A stretch of 64,000 nucleotides of DNA from Candidatus Babelota bacterium (GTDB lineage Bacteria > Babelota > Babeliae > Babelales > Vermiphilaceae), in contig JBBDMI010000006.1 of NCBI GenBank assembly GCA_040878395.1, forward strand, positions 67,145 to 131,144, read 5' to 3'. A model generated the notes under the pieces. The model did not search any database and was not told the DNA's origin. It was given only the letters and a program-made list of their open reading frames with translations. Position numbers and translations under genes: made by a program. Every line of letters begins with the position of its first letter. Positions within the stretch are counted from its first letter, which is position 1. Of this stretch, positions 54,662-62,616 are shown piece after piece.

Positions 54662-55387
54662 TTACTTTTTATCTGGACGTACAGCTTTGGTCATTGCTCC
54701 AGTATCTTTTAACAAATAATCAGGTTCAATTTTAGAATCAGCACCTGCATCAATCAACGCCTTTTTGACATGAATGTCAATTGCATTTAAATATGCTGTC
54801 TCTCCCTCATTATTCTGCATATTTACTTCAGCACCAGCTTCAAGTAATAAATTAACTTTAGCTAATGCATCTTGACCATACATCTTTGCTGCATACATCA
54901 ATGCTGTATTACCATCTACGTCCTGCACATTAACATCAGCACCGGCTGCAATTAAAGCTTTGACATTTTCCAGTGTTTTTCCATCTTGCACAGCATGCAT
55001 CAATGCTGTCCTTCCATACTCATCAACAAGATTAACATCAGCTTTTTTTTCAATTAACAAATTCACTAATTTAACCTTATAAGGATCAATAACTGCATAC
55101 ATCAATGGAGTCCAGCCATACGCATTTTGTGCATCAACATTTGGCATATCTTCTTTGCGTTTCTTCCCTTTAAGCAATCCTTTAGATGAACTTAATAATT
55201 TCTTTACCCGATCATAATCTCCAAACTTTCCTTCGTTTCCAATGCTTGCAAAAAGTTCTCTATCCGGTTGCCGTTCTACACCGGCCAATAAACGCTCGCT
55301 AAGGAGCAAATCAGGTTTGTTAAAATCCGCACTAAACAGTTGCCCACTTGAAGCAATTAATAATGAAAGTAATATCATTTTCTTCAT
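54662..55387 (-). CDS. ankyrin-repeat protein with signal peptide
   Basis: GWTPLMYAVID, GRTALMHAVQDGKTLENVKALIAAGADVN, GNTALMYAA, GETAYLNA. Start at MKKMILLSLLIASSGQLFSA with AGGAG 8 nt upstream (the ORF-track start is TTG). Confidence 0.85.
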   Translation of the reverse strand: MKKMILLSLLIASSGQLFSADFNKPDLLLSERLLAGVERQPDRELFASIGNEGKFGDYDRVKKLLSSSKGLLKGKKRKEDMPNVDAQNAYGWTPLMYAVIDPYKVKLVNLLIEKKADVNLVDEYGRTALMHAVQDGKTLENVKALIAAGADVNVQDVDGNTALMYAAKMYGQDALAKVNLLLEAGAEVNMQNNEGETAYLNAIDIHVKKALIDAGADSKIEPDYLLKDTGAMTKAVRPDKK

Positions 55388-55754
55388 ACATTTTACTCCT
55401 TGAATCTGCAAAAGATTCCTTTTTTAAAGGGTGTTTCTACCCTATATCACACTTAACTATACCAATATTCAGCTCATCTGACCTATCTGCTTTAATTTTA
55501 TAATAGCAATTAAATAAATGGCATAGCAAGGCTTTTACAGACAAATGATACAAACTTCATTAAATGTCATAAAATAGCTATAAGAGAGGGAGTCAATGAT
55601 ATTACAGGAGGAAATACGTGTGAGGATGCCCCAAGAGTCTTCCGTATTAATTTTATTTTGTTTTTATCTTAACCTGCAGCTTTGCTTATTCCAGCACTTT
55701 GAACTGAGTCAATACCATCTTTAAATAAACGATTAACATAAGTACACCAATTTA

Positions 55755-56132
55755 TTATCGGGCTGATTTAGTTAAACCGGTATCCTCAACCTGTGGCAAA
55801 CCATTTTCTATAAGCTGCGCAATTTCATGACGTCCTTTTTCGCGTGCAATATCCACAGCAGTTTTACGTTTCCAATTTTTAATTGTTGAACGAGCGCCGG
55901 CTTCTAATAATCTTTGCACCATTTCTTTCCTGCCGGTTCGAGCTGCATAATGCAATGCTGTCCATCCAAAGCAATTTCTCTTGTTCACCTTGGCTTTATG
56001 CTTTAGTAACAAATCCATTACCGACAATGCTTTGGGAGAACGTCGATTGCAAGCAGATATTATCAATGGCGTAGCTCCAAAAGAATCTGTTGAATTTGCA
56101 TTATCGTTGATAACAAAACAATCTCTATTTTT
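55755..56132 (-). pseudogene. 5'-truncated ankyrin-repeat gene fragment
   Basis: The open frame reads ..INDNANSTDSFGATPLIISACNRR.. then GWTALHYAARTGRKEMVQRLLEAGA. The ankyrin repeat continues upstream of the only candidate start (TTG at 56066). No ATG, no leader peptide, and a stop at 56133-56135. Confidence 0.4.
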
Positions 56133-56147
56133 TTATATCATATAACA

Positions 56148-56705
56148 CTACAAACGCATGTTGCGACCAAAATCCTTTGTTAACCATGCAGCAGCACCAA
56201 GAGTTATCCCGCCAATTAACCATCTTTCTCGTTGATCTTCAGGAATCATCTGCAACAATTTATATGACGCAATCACCGTGGCCAACGAACCGGTTATAAA
56301 ACCGATTTCATATACACGATTCGGCAAAGCAGCTGCAAGCTCTGCATCTTCGCGCGTTGCGAAATCAATCCAATCCTGTTGATCCGGTTGCGCCTGCAAA
56401 TCATTATACAAACTCCATAACTTTGTTAACTTAACAGCATGAGGTGTCGAAAGAAATGACCCTGCAGCCACCCCCATATGCAAACCAAAATGCCCAGCAT
56501 AATGTAATGCAGGCACAGTTACTAATGCGGTACCAACGACTGCTTCATAAGCACCACGCGTAGCACCGGCAGCAAATACGCGCGTATTTTGCTCAATTCT
56601 CTGGATTCGTGAATAACGGGAATTTGATGGAGACGGAACTATTGAATTATCTGCAGCATATGCTAGAAAACTAAAACATAATACTATTAAAAAATGATGT
56701 TTCAT
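56148..56705 (-). CDS. hypothetical membrane/secreted protein
   Basis: 185 aa. Leader MKHHFLIVLCFSFLAYA. Gly/Ala-rich hydrophobic segments. Confidence 0.45.
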   Translation of the reverse strand: MKHHFLIVLCFSFLAYAADNSIVPSPSNSRYSRIQRIEQNTRVFAAGATRGAYEAVVGTALVTVPALHYAGHFGLHMGVAAGSFLSTPHAVKLTKLWSLYNDLQAQPDQQDWIDFATREDAELAAALPNRVYEIGFITGSLATVIASYKLLQMIPEDQRERWLIGGITLGAAAWLTKDFGRNMRL

Positions 56706-56843
56706 GAAAAGACCTTCCGCGTATAAATGAACAAGTAAGTTAAAGTCATAACACAGGTTATATCAAATCATTCTTTTTTGCATCTAATTATGTTATCTAT
56801 TGGGATATAAACAAAAAAGCTATATAAAATAATTTGGAAAAAA

Positions 56844-57779
56844 ATGAAGCACAAACCAATGTTAGCTAAAATCGGCAAAGAGGAGCTTCTTGAAGATAAC
56901 GAACTTATTTTTGAACCAAAACTTGATGGCTATCGTGCATTATGTGAAGTTACACCAAAAAGTATGAAGTTCTACAGCCGTCGCGGCATTGATATCACTC
57001 AACAATTTCCTGAGTTCGATTTTCGAAATCTAATTGACGCAAAGTCATGTATTTTGGATGGTGAAATTATTGTATACAACAAAAAAGGACTTCCTGATTT
57101 CAATCTCATGCAAGGACGCAGTCAACTAACACAACAAGCATTAATTGATGAACGATCCGAAGCTCATCCTGCAACATATGCTGTTTTTGATATATTAACA
57201 AAGGATGGCAAATCACTACTAAAAAAACCGTTCATTGAACGGCATGACATATTATATAAAACTATAAAACAAGGCAATCATCTTGAGCTGCTACCTTGGA
57301 CCCATAACGGCAAAAAACTGTTTCAAGAAATGAAACAACATAAACTTGAAGGAGTAATTGCAAAAGATCCTCAAGGCATATATGAACCGGGCAAACGAAC
57401 CCGTGCATGGCAAAAAGTAAAATTCAACAAAACAGTTGAATGCGTAGTCCTTGGATTTACACAAGAAAAAAAATTGATCTCTTCTCTCGCCTTAGGACTA
57501 TATGATGAAAAAGGTAAACTGCACTATGTCGGCAGAGTTGGCACCGGATTCTCTCAAGACAAAATCGATGAACTCTATCCGAAACTGCTCAAATATGAAA
57601 CGGCAAAACCTGCTGCAAAAAATATTGCCAAAATCAGCAATTTAATTTTAATCAAACCGAACATTGTTGTTGAAATTAAATATCTTGAAATGAGCAAAAC
57701 CGGCACGTTACGCCATACGTCTTATGTGCATTATCGTGATGATAAAAAACCAAAAGCTTGCACATTAGATCAGTTATGA
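56844..57779 (+). CDS. ATP-dependent DNA ligase (minimal adenylation + OB-fold, LigC/LigD-ligase-domain-like)
   Basis: Motif I FEPKLDGYRAL, III ILDGEIIVY, IIIa YAVFDIL, IV EGVIAKD, V AWQKVKF, VI LRHTSYVHYRDDK. Begins ..KPMLAK.., as in LigD-type ligase domains. Confidence 0.8.
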   Translation: MKHKPMLAKIGKEELLEDNELIFEPKLDGYRALCEVTPKSMKFYSRRGIDITQQFPEFDFRNLIDAKSCILDGEIIVYNKKGLPDFNLMQGRSQLTQQALIDERSEAHPATYAVFDILTKDGKSLLKKPFIERHDILYKTIKQGNHLELLPWTHNGKKLFQEMKQHKLEGVIAKDPQGIYEPGKRTRAWQKVKFNKTVECVVLGFTQEKKLISSLALGLYDEKGKLHYVGRVGTGFSQDKIDELYPKLLKYETAKPAAKNIAKISNLILIKPNIVVEIKYLEMSKTGTLRHTSYVHYRDDKKPKACTLDQL

Positions 57780-57944
57780 CTTTGTTCGCTTTGCTTTATA
57801 ATCAGCAATTTTTTTTTTCAGATCTTCGATTTCATCAAATATCGATTCATAGGTTTCAAGATCTAAATATACAGATTCTGTCTTACCTTGTGCATTTTTA
57901 AGGAATTGCGGCTTTATTTCGGGATACTTTTTCTTTCTTTTCAT
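57774..57944 (-). CDS. small antitoxin-like ORF (56 aa), not in the supplied ORF track
   Basis: My translation is MKRKKKYPEIKPQFLKNAQGKTESVYLDLETYESIFDEIEDLKKKIADYKAKRTKS. It resembles the antitoxin at 58218..58427 (KIKPGFFYDEEGNKIGVLLKLEEFGEIMDELEDLHD). GAAGGT lies 6 nt upstream. The ATG is 2 nt after the toxin stop, and the 3' end overlaps the ligase stop by 6 nt. Confidence 0.45.
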   Translation of the reverse strand: MKRKKKYPEIKPQFLKNAQGKTESVYLDLETYESIFDEIEDLKKKIADYKAKRTKS

Positions 57945-57946
57945 GC

Positions 57947-58231
57947 TTAATACCTTCTATAAACTTGCTTTCTATGAGCAATACCTATAACCAAAATAGT
58001 AATAACATTATGCTTTACCTGAAAAACGACACGATAGTCACCAACTCTCATCCGATAGATTGACTCTGTTGTGCCTTCTAGCTTCTTTATATCTTGATTA
58101 AAATCTGATGAGACAAGCCCTTCCAATTTTTGATTAATTTTTTTAAGCTGTGGTTTATCAATCTTTTTGAGATCTTTTTTTGCCTGCACAGCAAACTCAA
58201 TTTTATAGCCAACAAAACTACTTTTTAGCAT
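57947..58231 (-). CDS. relE: RelE/ParE-family type II toxin
   Basis: YRMRVGDYRVVFQVKHNVITILVIGIAHRKQVY, the classic RelE/ParE C-terminal signature. Overlaps the upstream antitoxin by 14 nt. Confidence 0.75.
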   Translation of the reverse strand: MLKSSFVGYKIEFAVQAKKDLKKIDKPQLKKINQKLEGLVSSDFNQDIKKLEGTTESIYRMRVGDYRVVFQVKHNVITILVIGIAHRKQVYRRY

Positions 58232-58427
58232 CTAGAACTTCTTTCATCACTTCATCGTATGGAATCGTTTTAGTTTCTTGAGCAGTACGCTCATAGACCA
58301 TACAAACATCATGCAGATCTTCCAGCTCATCCATAATCTCGCCAAACTCTTCAAGCTTTAACAAAACCCCTATTTTGTTACCTTCTTCGTCATAAAAAAA
58401 ACCTGGCTTTATCTTTAATTTCATCAC
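58218..58427 (-). CDS. type II antitoxin (partner of RelE/ParE toxin)
   Basis: A 69-aa acidic protein immediately upstream of, and overlapping, the toxin gene. Contains the ELEDLHD motif. Confidence 0.55.
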   Translation of the reverse strand: MMKLKIKPGFFYDEEGNKIGVLLKLEEFGEIMDELEDLHDVCMVYERTAQETKTIPYDEVMKEVLDAKK

Positions 58428-58811
58428 ACACCTATAACTTGTAAAAGCTCAACAACATAATACCATTATAAAGGCCTAAATATACCAAATACAATTATAT
58501 TAAATATATCATCCAATCTCAAAAAATTATGTCCATAAAACTACCCGTTTTACCTTGATTTTTAACCAAAAACATGCAAATCCTTCTTTGATTTTCAACC
58601 AAAGTAATCTGAATGTCATCTCAGAAAAGTCGAACACCAAACTTAAGACATAATATTTCTAAATCAACCTTTTTGATGCGCCAAAAAATACTTTTTATAT
58701 GCATAAGCATTAAGTGAATAACAGCCTACAAGCGCAAAAACATAAATAATACCGAAAACATAATTTTTCCTCGTAATATTTAAAAGTGAAATTTAAAGCC
58801 ACAAGAAAAAT

Positions 58812-59741
58812 CTAAAAATTAATACCGCCCCCGGCCCACATACTAACAGTATATTTTTGCACCTATTGTTTTTGGCTTTGAATCATGGCTATAAGACAAT
58901 CCTAAAAGAAGAGCGCTTGGCAACTCATTAATAAAGAATCGATATAAATATGATGCAAAAATACTATTACGTATCAATGTAGCCGAAGAAGATAGATTAG
59001 GCAAAGGAGGTTTAATTTCTGCATTAAAACCAATGGTAGCATTATACCCAATGGTTAAATGATGTTTGTTCCAGCTGCTTTGATGTGCTAGAAACAGATC
59101 ACAAAGATTCCCTCAATCAATATTGAATTTCCCTTTCAAATTTGGCAATTTCGCCTGCACGTTTCTTGGAAAAAAATGAATGAACCGCAAGGCACCAAAT
59201 AATCTTCGCTTCGATTCAGGTGCATAAATATATGATGCATCACCTTACACGCCAATAGCATAATGACCTGTACCAAATTGAATACCTTCTAAAGAATCAT
59301 CTTTATGCGTCGGTACGCCTAAAATACCTGAAATAGTTCCTCGTGATTTCTCATTCAACTTGAACCCTCTACCGGCATAAAACAAAATATCATCAGTTTG
59401 TGTTCGCTCAAACTGATTTTGATTTAAAGTATCAGCCACATGGCCGACAGCTCCAATACCCTAACATACGATCTACCAAAAGTACGTACATAGTTCCCAA
59501 TTCCAGCGGTAGTTCTTTGAAACAGATCATTATATAGTCGCCGATATTGATTAACCATTGCAGAACCGGCAAGATTTCCCCGTGTTAAACCTTGTTCAAT
59601 TTTTTGCAATCTTGTGGTTTCGGCAATGCGCAAGTTATACACAATGGTAACCGCTTGCACTTTAAAAAGGCCAATGGCAGTCAATATCAATAATTTTTGA
59701 AATAGCTTCATAATACCTTTATTTCCTTTTTTATGAGACAT
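58812..59741 (-). pseudogene. decayed outer-membrane-protein-like gene (multiple frameshifts/stops)
   Basis: ORFs 59424..59741 (leader MKLFQKLLILTAIGLFKVQA) and 59245..59439 are adjacent in different frames. Further downstream, fragments such as ..LLLGLSYSHDSKPKTIGAKIY and TVSMWAGGGINF-stop (a C-terminal aromatic, OMP-like) can be read only by switching frames. Confidence 0.45.
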
Positions 59742-59868
59742 GAATCAAATATATCACGATATACCCTGTAATCAACCTTGATCGATTAAAAATCATCACC
59801 TTGACAATTACTGATAAATATGTATATTTGAAAATATATCAAAAAGATAAAAAATGAGGTTATGATCT

Positions 59869-61179
59869 ATGTATATAAATATCAAAAAACACCTAAAAAG
59901 CATGCTTTTTATCAGTATAGTTACACTAAGCTTTACTGCAGTAAAACCTGCAGCAACATCATCACATGAAGCAACTTCTTTCAATAGTCCAAGACCACTG
60001 GTTGATATAGTAATTAAGCAATTAGTTAAAGATTTCACTGTTGCCACAAGAGATGTTAACGGTCAAAGCTATTCTTCAATTTCAACACACATACATAAGA
60101 CCTTGAGTCAACTACCCTTAGACCTCATCGAAGCATTAAATAATGAAATTCGCCGATCTCTTAGTTGGCAAGAACAGCCATACTTAAAAGAAGTAATATC
60201 ACCAACTAAAAAATATATTAAATATCTTCTTTTTAATAAAACCGGATCAACATTGCTCGCAAGTAGTTTAGACAAAAAGCTATATATAATAAAAATAGAT
60301 GATGGCTCATTCAAAACTATACATCTGCCCATGGCCGCACGCAGCTTAGCCCTCTCAGATGATGGGCGCTATTTAGCAGCATTATTATATAAAAGAAAAC
60401 TTATGGTATTAGACTCATACAATCAACAAACAAATATCATCGAAACTCCTGAACTTTTCACACATACGGAACGCAGCCCTACCTCTATTGAAAAAATTGA
60501 ATTTTGCAAAGATGATCAACTTATTAAAGGAACCTTATACAGCGTCCCTCAATATAACATTGCATGGAAATTAAAAGATATATTCCAACAAGAAATACCT
60601 GAACATTTTTTTATTCCAAAAGAACCTACATCATCTTTTGATGATAAAAAACCATTTGCATACATTAATGCATATAATAATCAAATAACTGTTTGCGCAG
60701 ATACTTCCTATGATCTATCTCATATAGATCGTCCTTCTGCGCATACCTTTTGCCCAAACTATAACTATCTTGCCGTTGGCATGACCAATGGCAAGATCGC
60801 CCTATGGCATTGCCCTAACTGGCAGCATTATCTCCTGCAACGAACAATCAGAAAAACAAAAGTAGCAAGAAAGCCGCTTGTATATATCGAACTTATTAAA
60901 GCTCTTGAACAAAATAAAAATGATATTTTTCATCAATTGCCAAAAGAAGAACAAACGAAACTTTTAAATGATTTAAAAATAAATATTGAAGCACTTAGGC
61001 AATCAGTTTGCGCTACAAATCGCTTTGAAATACTCATCGAACAAAACAATATCGAATTAGCACGTATGCACATACAAAATTTTGCACTCAATCTTGTTCC
61101 ACAACAAACGAATAAAAGAAAAATAGAACATGCAACTGATACAGAAAATCTCGAAACTCAAAGATTAAAAATCGATTAA
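59869..61179 (+). CDS. hypothetical secreted protein (possible beta-propeller/WD-like repeats)
   Basis: 436 aa. Leader KSMLFISIVTLSFTAVKPA. Segments LLFNKTGSTLLASSLDKKLYIIK, LALSDDGRYLAALLYKRKLMVLD and YLAVGMTNGKIALWH look like WD/beta-propeller blades. Weak call. Confidence 0.4.
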   Translation: MYINIKKHLKSMLFISIVTLSFTAVKPAATSSHEATSFNSPRPLVDIVIKQLVKDFTVATRDVNGQSYSSISTHIHKTLSQLPLDLIEALNNEIRRSLSWQEQPYLKEVISPTKKYIKYLLFNKTGSTLLASSLDKKLYIIKIDDGSFKTIHLPMAARSLALSDDGRYLAALLYKRKLMVLDSYNQQTNIIETPELFTHTERSPTSIEKIEFCKDDQLIKGTLYSVPQYNIAWKLKDIFQQEIPEHFFIPKEPTSSFDDKKPFAYINAYNNQITVCADTSYDLSHIDRPSAHTFCPNYNYLAVGMTNGKIALWHCPNWQHYLLQRTIRKTKVARKPLVYIELIKALEQNKNDIFHQLPKEEQTKLLNDLKINIEALRQSVCATNRFEILIEQNNIELARMHIQNFALNLVPQQTNKRKIEHATDTENLETQRLKID

Positions 61180-61206
61180 ATAATCAAAAAATGAAGGTTA
61201 TAAGAA

Positions 61207-61557
61207 ATGGAAAAAAAATACAATGCAGCCCATGCAATACAAGACAAACAAAGCAAGGCAGTTTCTGCATTTGCATTAATGAACGAACAATACATAAACA
61301 ACCCAACATGCAATAGTATAAAGCCATATTTAACCTCTGTTGCACATCAACAAATCTATACAACTGCAAGTATTCGCGCACAATTAACGCTTGGCATCAT
61401 GTATGCCCAAAAAACTGCGGCTTCTCAATCAAAAGTCACACAACAATTTTATGCATTAAAAGCTAAAGAATATCTCGGTGCTGTTGCATTACAAGAGCAA
61501 TACAGATCCGGTCAGGAATGTGCTCTTGCAATACTACAATTGCTTACAATGCAATAA
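61207..61557 (+). CDS. hypothetical small protein
   Basis: 116-aa ORF with GAAGGT upstream. No secure motif (TLGIMYAQ is faintly Sel1-like). Confidence 0.35.
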   Translation: MEKKYNAAHAIQDKQSKAVSAFALMNEQYINNPTCNSIKPYLTSVAHQQIYTTASIRAQLTLGIMYAQKTAASQSKVTQQFYALKAKEYLGAVALQEQYRSGQECALAILQLLTMQ

Positions 61558-61564
61558 AAACACC

Positions 61565-62590
61565 TTAAAATCCAAAGCCGACACGTACGGTTAAACCTTG
61601 CAATGCCAAATCGCCATTCACACTCATATTGGCACCGGCATTTACATCATCAAAAAAACGCATCAATTGATTCTGGCCAAAGAAATAAAGTTGTTCCCAA
61701 CCTGCTTGAATATCAAAATGGTAAGAATCATCACACAGCGTTGTTTGCCAACCTAAACCAAGCATTAAATCAAGACGTGGACGACACATTGCAAAACGAT
61801 TACACGCAATATCTAAAAAAGTAGTTGGTGCAACTTCGTCAGAAAATGCAATCTCTTCATGCTGTTTAATCTTATATCTGCCATAAAGCAATGCTACATC
61901 AAAATTTCCTGATATAAAAAAATCACACCCTAATGCCCAACGTGAACGAATCCCAACTTTGGGACCAACACCCCAAAAATCATTACACATATCAATATCA
62001 TCATCCAATACAATGGCAACCGGCCCCTGGCTTTGTCCACCATTTGAATTAATATTAAATGTTTGATTAATCCGTGCATAAGCAACACCTAATAATGGCA
62101 TAATATCAACTGAACAAGTTGGTGAAAACCATGCATGCAAATGTGCATCAAGCATATTAAGATCAAGACGGACACATGCGTTGGCATTTTGTGCTGTTGT
62201 TATTGTTGAGCCGGGATTTGTCCACACAGGAAAAAGAACCACCGGAAATGTTTCTGAAAGACAATCGTTACCTTTCGTGCCAAAGCGAGTCCAATATGCA
62301 GTTAAACCCATATCACGATGTTCATTATAATAACTTTCACCTATACGAAATCCTCCATTACGATCAAATTTTGCACGCTCAACTTGACCACAGGTATTGA
62401 TATGTACTGCACCATTATTATTTGTAATCGCATAATCAAGTCCATCTTCATATGCGCGCCAGTACAGTCCATCTACAAATCCATAAAAAGAATGGCATGA
62501 CTCTTGTTGAGTATCACATCCCTTTTGCATATCACATGCAGTTGCACTTAAATAAGTAAGCATTAACAAAGCTATTTTTGCGTGTTTCAT
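61565..62590 (-). CDS. cysteine-rich beta-barrel outer-membrane protein (Legionella-MOMP-like)
   Basis: Signal peptide MKHAKIALLMLTYLSATA. The C-terminal ..LQGLTVRVGFGF ends in Phe. Alternating hydrophobic beta-strand pattern. About 12 Cys by my count. GAGGGA upstream. Confidence 0.5.
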   Translation of the reverse strand: MKHAKIALLMLTYLSATACDMQKGCDTQQESCHSFYGFVDGLYWRAYEDGLDYAITNNNGAVHINTCGQVERAKFDRNGGFRIGESYYNEHRDMGLTAYWTRFGTKGNDCLSETFPVVLFPVWTNPGSTITTAQNANACVRLDLNMLDAHLHAWFSPTCSVDIMPLLGVAYARINQTFNINSNGGQSQGPVAIVLDDDIDMCNDFWGVGPKVGIRSRWALGCDFFISGNFDVALLYGRYKIKQHEEIAFSDEVAPTTFLDIACNRFAMCRPRLDLMLGLGWQTTLCDDSYHFDIQAGWEQLYFFGQNQLMRFFDDVNAGANMSVNGDLALQGLTVRVGFGF

Positions 62591-62616
62591 ATTCTTTATC
62601 CCTCATATTTTTAAAA

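Noticed and set aside
59808-60047. Minus-strand ORFs 59808..60047 (79 aa) and 61184..61381 (65 aa), which overlap the starts of plus-strand genes.
   Set aside because: Both overlap better-supported plus-strand CDS that have SD motifs and leaders. They have no motif and an odd composition, so they are probably spurious.
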